A stretch of DNA of 50,208 nt from Candidatus Kappaea frigidicola. Its GTDB lineage: Bacteria > Omnitrophota > Gorgyraeia > JAGLLT01. The stretch is from NCBI GenBank assembly GCA_030765555.1, contig JAVCCI010000034.1, positions 1-50,208 of the forward strand. Reading direction: 5' to 3'. The first letter of the stretch is position 1, and each line of letters begins with the position of its first letter. A model generated the notes under the pieces. That model made no database searches, had not been told where the DNA came from, and saw only the letters and a program-made list of their open reading frames with translations. Both the position numbers and the translations under genes were made by a program. This document shows positions 18,275-26,766 of the stretch, piece after piece.

Positions 18275-19224
18275 AATAATTTAATTATCTTTTTTTGAAC
18301 TTCATCAAGATTACTTTTATCCTTACACGAAATAGCAATAAATGGTTCCTTGATTTTATTTTTAAAAATTTTAAGGTTCTCTTGAGCTGAAGCTAAATCT
18401 ATTTTATTTGCTATAATCATATATGATTTATCGTTCAATTCTGTATTATATAACATTAACTCATTTTTTAAACTAAAAAAATCATCCCAAGGCTTTCTTC
18501 CATCCACACCTGCTAGATCTATAACAAAGGCAAGAATTCTCGTTCTTTCTATATGACGAAGAAACTTATCACCTAAACCACTACCCGCATGCGCACCTTC
18601 TATCAAACCAGGTATATCAGCTATTTTATATTCCTTTTCATTGAATTCAGCAATACCTAAAACAGGTGTTTTAGTTGTAAATGGATAAGATGCAACTTTG
18701 GGTTTCGCTTTAGAAATACAGCTTATTAAGGAAGATTTACCTGCATTAGGGAATCCTACTAAACCAACCTCAGCAATTAATTTAAGGTCTAAATGCAACC
18801 GTATTGTCTCCCCTGTTTTACCAGGTTCAGCATTAGCGCATTTAGCATTACCACGACCACCCTTGCCTCCGCGCGCAACAATAACTTTTTCATTGATATG
18901 AGTTAGATCTCTTACCACTAAATTATTGTCAGCATTAATAACCAAGGTGCCAGGTGGCACAGAGAGATAAGTCTCTTGACCATCTCTGCCAGTTTTATTG
19001 TTAGAGCCTCCATGTCCACCTCTAGAAGCTTTAATATTTTTTTTATAGTTGAATTCTCTTAAGGTATGAATTCCAGAATCTGCCTTGATGATGACATGAC
19101 CTCCCCGTCCGCCATTACCACCATTGGGTTTTCTTCCCTTAACATCTCTTGTATGGCGGAAGCTCTTGCATCCAGAACCACCGGTACCGGCCTGTACATT
19201 AATATCAGCTTCATCTATAAACAT
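18271..19224 (-). CDS. obg: GTPase Obg
   Basis: MFIDEA...GGNGG glycine-rich Obg fold plus G1 GFPNAGKSS, G3 DIPG and G4 NKID motifs. Conserved rplU-rpmA-obg synteny. Confidence 0.9.
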   Translation of the reverse strand: MFIDEADINVQAGTGGSGCKSFRHTRDVKGRKPNGGNGGRGGHVIIKADSGIHTLREFNYKKNIKASRGGHGGSNNKTGRDGQETYLSVPPGTLVINADNNLVVRDLTHINEKVIVARGGKGGRGNAKCANAEPGKTGETIRLHLDLKLIAEVGLVGFPNAGKSSLISCISKAKPKVASYPFTTKTPVLGIAEFNEKEYKIADIPGLIEGAHAGSGLGDKFLRHIERTRILAFVIDLAGVDGRKPWDDFFSLKNELMLYNTELNDKSYMIIANKIDLASAQENLKIFKNKIKEPFIAISCKDKSNLDEVQKKIIKLL

Positions 19225-19466
19225 TACTGGGGCAAAACGCTAATAAGTCTTGTTTTGCTAAATTTAACTACACCATTTTTTTTAGCGAAAAGGGTATCAT
19301 CAGAGCCACGACCTACATTTGTTCCAGGCTTGAACTTGGCTCCTCTTTGTCTTAGGATAATAGCTCCTGCCTTAACTATTTCGCCGTCATATTTTTTAAG
19401 ACCCAATCTTTTTCCTATAGAATCTCTTCCGTTTCTAGTTGAGCCCATTCCTTTTTTATGCGCCAT
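19224..19466 (-). CDS. rpmA: 50S ribosomal protein L27
   Basis: [17 protein letters not shown]-terminus. 80 aa. Confidence 0.95.
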   Translation of the reverse strand: MAHKKGMGSTRNGRDSIGKRLGLKKYDGEIVKAGAIILRQRGAKFKPGTNVGRGSDDTLFAKKNGVVKFSKTRLISVLPQ

Positions 19467-19488
19467 TATTCAAACTCCTTTTATATAA

Positions 19489-19809
19489 TTATTCTTCATC
19501 CAGGACTATATCGTTTACTTTAAGCCTGGTATATTGCTGCCTATGACCTTTTGTTGTTTTGGAACTTTTACGTCTGCGATATTTAAAACTTACCACTTTA
19601 TCAGACTTTTCATTTGATAACACACTACAAGCCACTTTAGCTTTTTTGATATAAGGTGTTCCAATATATATCTTTTTGCCTTTCGAAGCCATCATAACAT
19701 GAGTGAAATTAAAAGCACTGCCTTCTTTCTTTTTCAAATATTCAACCATAAACTCCTGGCCTTTATTGACTTTATACTGTTTCCCACCCGTTTCAATTAT
19801 TGCATACAT
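19489..19809 (-). CDS. rplU: 50S ribosomal protein L21
   Basis: Canonical start MYAIIETGGKQYKV with SD AAAGGAG. The 13 extra codons in the ORF track (to 19848) lie upstream of or within the predicted promoter at 19839-19867. Confidence 0.9.
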   Translation of the reverse strand: MYAIIETGGKQYKVNKGQEFMVEYLKKKEGSAFNFTHVMMASKGKKIYIGTPYIKKAKVACSVLSNEKSDKVVSFKYRRRKSSKTTKGHRQQYTRLKVNDIVLDEE

Positions 19810-19838
19810 TGTTTTTCTCCTTTTTACAATAGACGTAT

Positions 19839-19867
19839 AGAATATCAAAAAAGAAAAAGCTTGTCAA
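19839..19867 (-). promoter_or_regulatory. Sigma70-like promoter of the rplU-rpmA-obg operon
   Basis: TTGACA, 17 nt, TATTCT, with a TGA extended -10. The -35 overlaps the rng stop codon. Confidence 0.55.
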
Positions 19868-21363
19868 GCTTTTGTAATCCTAACGTTTTCAATATGTTCC
19901 TTTGTGTCCGCCTCAATAACTATCTTAGCATTATACTCAGTCTCTAGTAAATTCAGTTCGCAACGAAGCTCATTGAATATGTATGAGGCCACACTAGGAT
20001 GTAAACTAACCCTGATTTTACCTACATTTAAGCTTTTTAACGTTTTTCTAATGCCTCTGAGAGCCTCAATTGCTATCGTGAAATTTGATTTCACTAAACC
20101 TTTACCCTTACAATAGGGGCAAGTTTCAGAAAAAGCACTTTCTAGGCTCTTACCTACCCTTTGCCTAGTCATCTCAACTACACCAAGCTCAGAAATAGGT
20201 AAAACTTTAGTCTTAGCTCTATCTTTTTTAAGAGATGTTAAAAGAATTTTATAAATATCCTGGCGATGCCGTCTTGAATTCATATCAATGAAATCAATTA
20301 TTATTATCCCTCCAAGATCCCTAAGCTTTAATTGTCTCACTATTTCATTGGCAGATTCTTTATTAGTGATATATGCTGTCTCTTCCAGGCTGCCTTTTTT
20401 TACAAAGCTTCCTGTATTTACATCAATTGAAATTAAACTTTCCGTTGGTTCGATAATAATATAACCACCTGATTTCAACTGAACATGCCGTTTAGTTATT
20501 TTTTCAATTTGGTCCTCAAGCTTGTATTCTTCAAACAAAGACTTTTCGCTCTGATGAAACTGTAGTTTTGATTTTAAATCTGGAGTTAAAGAATTCAGAA
20601 ATTTATATATCCTACCGTATTCTTTTTTATTATCAACTATAAGACATTCGACATCCTCTGAAAAATAATCACGTATAACCCGCAGCACTAAATCATACTC
20701 CTCATGCACTAAAGCAGGACAAGCAACTCGGTGAGAAACATAATTAATCCGCTTCATAAGTCTCATAAGATATTTAAAGTCTCTAATAAGCTCTCTTTTG
20801 CTGGCACCTTCTGCAAGTGTTCTTACTATAAGGCCTACGCCTTCTGGCATTCTAAAACCACCAATAATATTTTTTAATCTCTCTCTTTCCTCAGGTTCTC
20901 TTATTCTCTTAGAAATACCTGTACAACTTTGATACGGCATCAAAACCAGATATCTACCAGGCAAACTAATATTTGTAGTTAATCTGGGTCCTTTTGTGCT
21001 AATATTATCCTTTACAATCTGGACAATAACTTCCTGGCCCGGCCGCAATACATCTTTAATGTTTACATTTTCTTTAAAACGAGTAGGCTCAAGCTCCTCA
21101 GCCTCTTCTTCTAGAATTTCTTTATAATCCCCAAAAGGTTTCGTAATGTCTGAGACATAAAGAAAACCGTTCTTTTTCATGCCCAAGTTAACAAAAGCGG
21201 CCTGAATACCACTAACCACCGTATCAACCTTTGCTTTGTAGATATTTCCTACAAAACGTTTATGATCTGGTCTTTCACTAAAATACTGCTCCAAATTACC
21301 GTTCTCCACAACAGCAATTCTCTTTTCCTGCTTTTCAACATTAATAATTATTTTTCTTTTCAT
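19864..21363 (-). CDS. rng: Ribonuclease G/E family endoribonuclease
   Basis: 499 aa with an S1 domain (GNIYKAKVDTVVSGIQAAFVNLG) and an RNase E/G catalytic core (IIIDFIDM). Confidence 0.85.
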   Translation of the reverse strand: MKRKIIINVEKQEKRIAVVENGNLEQYFSERPDHKRFVGNIYKAKVDTVVSGIQAAFVNLGMKKNGFLYVSDITKPFGDYKEILEEEAEELEPTRFKENVNIKDVLRPGQEVIVQIVKDNISTKGPRLTTNISLPGRYLVLMPYQSCTGISKRIREPEERERLKNIIGGFRMPEGVGLIVRTLAEGASKRELIRDFKYLMRLMKRINYVSHRVACPALVHEEYDLVLRVIRDYFSEDVECLIVDNKKEYGRIYKFLNSLTPDLKSKLQFHQSEKSLFEEYKLEDQIEKITKRHVQLKSGGYIIIEPTESLISIDVNTGSFVKKGSLEETAYITNKESANEIVRQLKLRDLGGIIIIDFIDMNSRRHRQDIYKILLTSLKKDRAKTKVLPISELGVVEMTRQRVGKSLESAFSETCPYCKGKGLVKSNFTIAIEALRGIRKTLKSLNVGKIRVSLHPSVASYIFNELRCELNLLETEYNAKIVIEADTKEHIENVRITKA

Positions 21364-21388
21364 CTAAAAATTAAACTCCTTTAAATTG

Positions 21389-21416
21389 AAAAAAGACAGG
21401 ATCTAAACCCGTCTTT
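21389..21416 (-). terminator. Rho-independent terminator after pilQ
   Basis: AAAGACGGG-UUUAGAU-CCUGUCUUU with one G-U pair, followed by a run of U. Confidence 0.7.
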
Positions 21417-21442
21417 ATTTTTAACATATTTAATCAAACTCA

Positions 21443-22981
21443 TTAGAAAACTGTTTCCTGTTCAAAGGCAACAGTAGAAACTGAATCAATATGACCATTT
21501 TCCTTTAGTACATGAGGAGTTAAAAATATTAAAAGATCTCTCTTTTCTATTTCTGTACCTCTTTGTGAAAATAAATAACCTAAAATTGGAATATCACCAA
21601 GAAAAGGTATTTTGTTATTAGTATTAACAACTTTATCCTTAATCATACCGCCAATCACCAATGTCTCACCATCTTTGATCATGACTTCTACTTCTGCCTG
21701 CTTCGTAGATATTATTGGCACCTCTGCACCTTCAAATGTAACACTTCCAGTTAAATCACTAACCTCGGGCACGACACTTAATGTTATATAGCCATCTTTA
21801 TTAACTGTGGGAGTTACTGTCATAATTATGCCATACTCTATATATTCCCATCCAGAAACATTCCATCGTCCGGTCTCATCAGAATAGGAATAATTAGCCA
21901 CTGGCCATTTTGTACCTACTGTTATCTTGGCCTCTTTATTATTCAGAGTAGTAATTCTAGGATTTGACAAAACATTTGTATCTGTTCTAGTAGATAAAGC
22001 TTCTAACGTTGCTTGCAAACCAGTAAAATCAAGCGTTCCGTATTGAAAATACTCCTCTTCACCTGTATCTCCAGCAACAGCTGGTAAAGAACTCCATTGT
22101 ATAGCATCCTTACTAGACACAGGTAAATCGTTTTTGATTGCAAAGTCTGAAACAATATCTGTAATTTGACCGCTTGCATCATAGGTATAATCAGCATCTG
22201 GTGTTGGATACAGCCTGCCATCAGTACTCCAGTTAGAAAAAGGAAGAGTCGTTGCCCTTTTAGCACCATCAGCAACAATTTCGGTTTGCCAATCAACACC
22301 TAAGGTTTCATCTTTACCCAAAGTTGTTTCAATAACACGTGCTTCAATTTGAATCTGGGGCGTTCTGCCATCTAATTGCTCAATTACGCTTGCAAGCTTT
22401 TTAATATTAGTTCCTATGTCAGTGACAATAACTTGATTCGTTCTGGCGTCAAATTGAATATTACCACGCGCAGACAACATATCTGCAAGGGAAGTTGTTA
22501 GGCTTTCAGCATCAGCATAACTAAGTGAAAAAAGAGTTGTTTCTAAATCCTCCATAGAAAGATTTTCACGCGTTGTAACCCGAATTATATTGCCATCTTG
22601 CTCGTAAACATATCCTTGAGTTTTCAAAATAATATCTAAAGCCTTATCCCAAGGCACACTTTCTAACTTCATAGTAACCACACCCTGAACTTCTCCTCCA
22701 GCAATAATATTAATACCACTTTTATCAGAAACAATACGCAGAACGTCTTTTATATCTGCATCTTTAAAGTCCATACTAATTTTTTTATCATTATCATTAC
22801 TGTTAGAGTCTGTTTTGTTGCCTAAAATAGAGGATATTTGATTAGCCTCAATCTGCTGCGGCGTAATTTGTTTTGCCTGTGGATCTTCAGCCTTTACTTC
22901 CTGCGCAAGGCAAATTCCACTATAGCACAAAATTATTAAAGCTATAAGAAAACAAGATAGAATACTTTTTTTATTCTTCAT
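21443..22981 (-). CDS. pilQ: Type IV pilus secretin PilQ
   Basis: Signal peptide, a secretin N-domain (DFKDADIKDVLRIVS), and a C-terminal secretin core (NPRITTLNNKEAKITVG ... IPFLGDIPILGYLF). Follows pilMNOP. Confidence 0.85.
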   Translation of the reverse strand: MKNKKSILSCFLIALIILCYSGICLAQEVKAEDPQAKQITPQQIEANQISSILGNKTDSNSNDNDKKISMDFKDADIKDVLRIVSDKSGINIIAGGEVQGVVTMKLESVPWDKALDIILKTQGYVYEQDGNIIRVTTRENLSMEDLETTLFSLSYADAESLTTSLADMLSARGNIQFDARTNQVIVTDIGTNIKKLASVIEQLDGRTPQIQIEARVIETTLGKDETLGVDWQTEIVADGAKRATTLPFSNWSTDGRLYPTPDADYTYDASGQITDIVSDFAIKNDLPVSSKDAIQWSSLPAVAGDTGEEEYFQYGTLDFTGLQATLEALSTRTDTNVLSNPRITTLNNKEAKITVGTKWPVANYSYSDETGRWNVSGWEYIEYGIIMTVTPTVNKDGYITLSVVPEVSDLTGSVTFEGAEVPIISTKQAEVEVMIKDGETLVIGGMIKDKVVNTNNKIPFLGDIPILGYLFSQRGTEIEKRDLLIFLTPHVLKENGHIDSVSTVAFEQETVF

Positions 22982-23384
22982 CGTTAATATTATTTTTTTC
23001 TTCTCTTAATTTAAAAACTTTTCTTTCTCCAAGAACTTCAACTACAGCTCCATCACGCATAATGTCTTTTATAACAAAAAAGTCTGTTTCATCATTAATT
23101 TTCATAATTTGACCATTGATTATTACGGCTGATTCTCCAGTTGGATCATATACAACAGCCTGAAGTGTTATAGAACTGAAATCTACGATAGTTTTAGTGC
23201 TTACGTCTTTTGGTTTTTTTTCAACCTGATCCTTCAAATATGGAGGAACAAAGGGATCCCGCCTCTCATGATTATTATACACGAAATCTGCAGCATATGC
23301 AAAAGTATTTAAATACAATATTGCGAATATAATGTGCAAAAATCCTAAGAATAATCTATTCATTCTCCTGCGGCTCCAAGACAT
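22971..23384 (-). CDS. PilP-like pilus assembly protein
   Basis: 137 aa with a signal/anchor helix, an RDPF motif and a beta-rich C-terminus. Positioned between pilO and pilQ. Start is ambiguous (M1 or M8). Confidence 0.5.
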   Translation of the reverse strand: MSWSRRRMNRLFLGFLHIIFAILYLNTFAYAADFVYNNHERRDPFVPPYLKDQVEKKPKDVSTKTIVDFSSITLQAVVYDPTGESAVIINGQIMKINDETDFFVIKDIMRDGAVVEVLGERKVFKLREEKNNINDEE

Positions 23385-23946
23385 CTAATATATAAGTATA
23401 AACCATTATTTCACCCATATGCTCAAAAGGATTCTTCTTGTCTTCCTCAACCTTAAGATATTCAATCTTCATAAATCTGTCAGCATTTTCAAGTTTACTT
23501 ACAAAAGAACCAATATTATGATAGCCCCCTTTAAGGATTAGCTTAAAAGGAACTGTAACATATAGAGTCTGCTCTTGCCTAACCTCTTGTTTTTTTTCAA
23601 TTTCGAGCAATGTTACGTCGGCAGAAGTAGCAATATTGGATAGATATTGTAATAAGTCCGGGATATCTTTTTCGGTCGGCAATTTTTTTTCATAATAACT
23701 AATATTTTCCTTAAGTTTTTCGATCTTGACTTTTGCTTCCTCAATTTTCTCTCTCTGCTTCTCCATTGAGCCTGCTTTCAATAAAAAAGACTGCTTCTCT
23801 ACAATTTTAGCTTTTAATTCACTAGACATGCTAACCTTAGGAGCTATCGCAATAAAATAAAACATAACCGTGCAAACTATATACGCAGCTATAACCCCGG
23901 CAACTATTTGATATGCTTTATTTTCCTTTAAGTCTTCAAGATTCAT
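23356..23946 (-). CDS. pilO: Type IV pilus assembly protein PilO
   Basis: 196 aa. Single N-terminal TM, a coiled coil, and a ferredoxin-like C-terminus (LKGGYHNIGSFVSKLEN). Synteny. Confidence 0.7.
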   Translation of the reverse strand: MNLEDLKENKAYQIVAGVIAAYIVCTVMFYFIAIAPKVSMSSELKAKIVEKQSFLLKAGSMEKQREKIEEAKVKIEKLKENISYYEKKLPTEKDIPDLLQYLSNIATSADVTLLEIEKKQEVRQEQTLYVTVPFKLILKGGYHNIGSFVSKLENADRFMKIEYLKVEEDKKNPFEHMGEIMVYTYILDVLEPQENE

Positions 23947-24523
23947 CTTTTTTATCCGGTAGATCTTTTTGTTTTAAATGGCAAAAAATAACAAAACTAA
24001 TATGTTCTACATCTTGTATTTTTCTTTTGATAATTTTTAGTTCAACATCGCTGAAATCCTTAAAAAATGATTCATGATACTTAATATTGTTCATAAAATT
24101 TCCAACAATTGCTTCTTCCTTGCCTTCTTTAGAATAAACCTTACCTTCAATAATTAACATACTATTATTTAATTCGAGAGCATTAAGCCAAATACCATCA
24201 GTTAACAGGTCACTCAACTCATTAAGTTTCTGCGAATAATAAATTCTATCTGCCATTAAATAATTTACAACGACTGCTCTTTCTTCTAACGTCTTAAGCT
24301 CTTTTTTATATATTCCATACTCACTTTTTACTTTTAAAATTTTCTGCCATTGACTCTCAAGATTATCTGCTTTAAGCGTTGCTGCAGTCAAACCTTTATT
24401 TGCAATAGCCATCCACATTACAAGCATTGATACAAGAATAACTCCAATAAGGATAAATAACCCCTTTGGCAGTATTACTCTTTGCTTTTTTAAATCATCT
24501 GGAAGTAAATTAATCTTTATCAT
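23936..24523 (-). CDS. pilN: Type IV pilus assembly protein PilN
   Basis: The conserved N-terminal INLLP motif (MIKINLLPDD) followed by a TM helix. Synteny. Confidence 0.7.
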   Translation of the reverse strand: MIKINLLPDDLKKQRVILPKGLFILIGVILVSMLVMWMAIANKGLTAATLKADNLESQWQKILKVKSEYGIYKKELKTLEERAVVVNYLMADRIYYSQKLNELSDLLTDGIWLNALELNNSMLIIEGKVYSKEGKEEAIVGNFMNNIKYHESFFKDFSDVELKIIKRKIQDVEHISFVIFCHLKQKDLPDKKDES

Positions 24524-24526
24524 AAT

Positions 24527-25519
24527 TTATAACTTGCGTAAGGCTAATCCAGTAGCTACAGCAAAATAATCCCGAATAGGACTAATTTTATCTCCTAAAG
24601 ACTTATTACCCAAAATAAGCCTATCTAAAATGCTCCACCTTTTAACCTCTAAATCCATATTCTCAGATAAAAAATTAGCCATATTTTCATTAATGGCTAC
24701 TCCTCCACTAATATATATTTTAGTAACACCTTCCTCATACTGACTTTCATAATAATCAAACGATGATTTAATCTCTATTGCCATTTCTCTCATGGCATTT
24801 AAGCAAATTTCATCTACAGCCTCTTTTTTATCACCGGGATTTTTTTTAAGCTCTTCCGCTTGAGTCAAATCAACTTTAAAATTCTCAGCCAAAACCTCAG
24901 TTACACGCTTACCACCCACTGGAATATTACGAGTAAAATTAAGTAAATCTCCACGAATAATATTCACACTTGTTGCTTCGCTTCCAATATTTAGTAAAGC
25001 AATTGTTTTTTCGCTTTCATCATTATTTAAATTAAAGGCATTAATAAGAGCAAACGAATCTATATCCACAACCCATGGGCATAAGCCCGCTTTTTGGACT
25101 AGTTGAATTTTATCGTTAATACTATCTTTTTTAGCGGCTACTAAAAGAACTCCCATATTATTTTCAGCTTCAGAGATTATCTGACAATCAACAATAACCT
25201 CATTAACATTATAAGGAATATACTTCTCAGCTTCATATTTAATTGCATTTTTAAGATCTGCTTCACTCATTTTTGGCAACTGAATATTGCGGATAATTAC
25301 GGAAGGTCCTTCAATAGAAATGTTAACTTCTTTTTCAGAAATTTTCGCTCGCTTAAAAAGCTGCTTAAGCGCACTTAGCTTATCTTTTTCTTCGGCATTA
25401 AACTTAAGTTCCTCAATAGAAGCTTTAACTAAACTAAACTGCTCTTTAGTCTTAAGGAGTTGCACCACCTTAATCGTTGATGTACCTATGTCTAAACCGA
25501 CAATATTTTCTTTTGTCAT
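24527..25519 (-). CDS. pilM: Type IV pilus assembly ATPase-fold protein PilM
   Basis: Actin-like fold with VGLDIGTSTIKVV and IYISGGVA. 330 aa. Confidence 0.85.
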   Translation of the reverse strand: MTKENIVGLDIGTSTIKVVQLLKTKEQFSLVKASIEELKFNAEEKDKLSALKQLFKRAKISEKEVNISIEGPSVIIRNIQLPKMSEADLKNAIKYEAEKYIPYNVNEVIVDCQIISEAENNMGVLLVAAKKDSINDKIQLVQKAGLCPWVVDIDSFALINAFNLNNDESEKTIALLNIGSEATSVNIIRGDLLNFTRNIPVGGKRVTEVLAENFKVDLTQAEELKKNPGDKKEAVDEICLNAMREMAIEIKSSFDYYESQYEEGVTKIYISGGVAINENMANFLSENMDLEVKRWSILDRLILGNKSLGDKISPIRDYFAVATGLALRKL

Positions 25520-25543
25520 AATATTAATAGTAAGATATACGCC

Positions 25544-25996
25544 CTACTCTAATGGATTTGCTGATGTCATATTACCATTTTGATCAAGTTGAATAACTGA
25601 TTCAACGCCATCACCGTCTAAATCTCCACGAGCAATTATAATATAACTAGTACCTATACCAGAAGCTCCCGCCTGCACTTCATATGAATACCTAATTTGA
25701 CCAACAGGCTTAAAACCAATATCAATCCAACTTTGTGGAACAGCAGTATCTTCCCAGAAAACTCTAGCTGCGCTTGGTACAGTAGCTGGATGCAAAGTAC
25801 ATAACACATAAGATTCATTCTCCATCTCATATACCTCCAGACATCCACGGATCGCCCCTAAATTATGATTAGCCTCAGCTACCTTAGCTCTTAATTGAAA
25901 TCTTTGATAGTTAGGAACGGCAATAGTTACCAAAATACTAATGAGAGCTACTACTACCATAAGCTCTATGAGCGTAAATGACCTCGCCCTGCGCAT
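25544..25996 (-). CDS. Type IV pilin paralog 2 (prepilin, Ser at -1)
   Basis: MRRARS|FTLIELMVVVALISILVTIAVPNY. Paralogous to the upstream pilin, sharing a Cys pair and the GDLDGD...LDQxGN...NPLE tail. ATG start with its own promoter at 26037-26065. Confidence 0.8.
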   Translation of the reverse strand: MRRARSFTLIELMVVVALISILVTIAVPNYQRFQLRAKVAEANHNLGAIRGCLEVYEMENESYVLCTLHPATVPSAARVFWEDTAVPQSWIDIGFKPVGQIRYSYEVQAGASGIGTSYIIIARGDLDGDGVESVIQLDQNGNMTSANPLE

Positions 25997-26036
25997 ATCT
26001 TTTCCCCTTTTTAGTGAATATATCTATATTGATATA

Positions 26037-26065
26037 AATATATCATATATATAAACTTTTGTCAA
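26037..26065 (-). promoter_or_regulatory. Sigma70-like promoter of pilin 2-pilMNOPQ
   Basis: TTGACA, 17 nt, TATATT, with a TGA extended -10. Confidence 0.6.
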
Positions 26066-26152
26066 TTTAAAGTATATTAATAACTACATTACCTAGGTAT
26101 GATCATATATTCTGAAATACAATATATGGTATTTAAGGCATTCCTCACATAT

Positions 26153-26193
26153 AAAAAAAAGAGCCATCTTAAATTTCGTTAAAATGGCTCTTT
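26153..26193 (-). terminator. Rho-independent terminator after pilin 1
   Basis: AGAGCCAU-16 nt loop-AUGGCUCU followed by U8 (A8 at 26153-26160 on the plus strand). Confidence 0.8.
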
Positions 26194-26225
26194 AAAATAC
26201 TCAAACTTGTCAGTCTCAAAGATGT

Positions 26226-26666
26226 CTATTCAAGTGGATTAGTGGATGTTAAGTTACCATCCTGGTCAAGCGTATAGACTGACGTACTTGCATCACCGTC
26301 AAGGTCACCAGTTGCTGTAGCAGCAAATGTAGTACCGCCGTCGGCAACCGTTACAGCATACTGATAATAAATTAGGCCTTTAGGCTCAAATCCTATATCA
26401 GTCCAACCAGCTGAAGTGCTTACCCAAGTAGCTTTAACACCCGCTGGAACTGTAGCAGGATTGGCTCCACAAGCTAAATACACATCATTTTCAGCCTTAT
26501 ATGCTTCTTCGCATGTCCTAATAGCACCCAAGCTAGATTTTGCTTCAGAGGTTTTTGCTCTAAGTTGAAAATTAATATAATTAGGTATTGCGATAGTGGC
26601 TAATAAGGCTATAATTGCGACAACAATCATCATTTCAATAAGTGTAAATCCTCTTCGCCTTTTCAT
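26226..26666 (-). CDS. pilA: Type IV major pilin candidate (prepilin)
   Basis: MKRRRG|[36 protein letters not shown] lies 5 nt before the ATG at 26666. An in-frame upstream ATG at 26684 also has an SD. The gene has a near-consensus promoter and a strong terminator. Confidence 0.85.
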   Translation of the reverse strand: MKRRRGFTLIEMMIVVAIIALLATIAIPNYINFQLRAKTSEAKSSLGAIRTCEEAYKAENDVYLACGANPATVPAGVKATWVSTSAGWTDIGFEPKGLIYYQYAVTVADGGTTFAATATGDLDGDASTSVYTLDQDGNLTSTNPLE

Positions 26667-26706
26667 CTTATTCACCTCCTTCATTTAGATTACCCTCCTT
26701 TAACCT

Positions 26707-26738
26707 ACTTTCAGTATACCATATGCTCTACTGAAAGT
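26707..26738. promoter_or_regulatory. 10-bp perfect inverted repeat straddling the pilin 1 promoter (candidate operator)
   Basis: actttcagta (26707-26716) and tactgaaagt (26729-26738) are exact reverse complements separated by a 12-nt spacer. One arm abuts the -35 and the other abuts the -10. Confidence 0.4.
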
Positions 26739-26741
26739 CAA
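26713..26741 (-). promoter_or_regulatory. Sigma70-like promoter of pilin 1
   Basis: TTGACT, 17 nt, TATACT, with a TGG extended -10. Confidence 0.65.
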
Positions 26742-26766
26742 ATTACCGCAAGTCTCGTATCTTATT

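Noticed and set aside
19810-19848. 13-codon N-terminal extension of L21 in the ORF track (MIFYTSIVKRRKT)
   Set aside because: The canonical L21 start MYAIIETGGKQ has its own SD. The extension overlaps the predicted -10 of the operon promoter.
21800-22300. Apparent long insertion in the PilQ secretin core (between LGVDW and LDFTGLQATLEAL)
   Set aside because: The segment length is comparable to the equivalent variable loop of well-studied PilQ proteins, so I judged it not unusual without an alignment.
26099-26182. 27-codon plus-strand ORF (MIIYSEIQYMVFKAFLTYKKKSHLKFR) in the inter-pilin spacer
   Set aside because: It has no credible SD, it overlaps the pilin 1 terminator hairpin, and it would be the only plus-strand gene in the window.
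25997-26225. Sigma54 promoter or c-di-GMP riboswitch upstream of the pilin genes
   Set aside because: I found no TGGCAC-N5-TTGC-like element. The predicted sigma70 promoters leave 5' UTRs of only ~20-40 nt, too short for a GEMM-type riboswitch.
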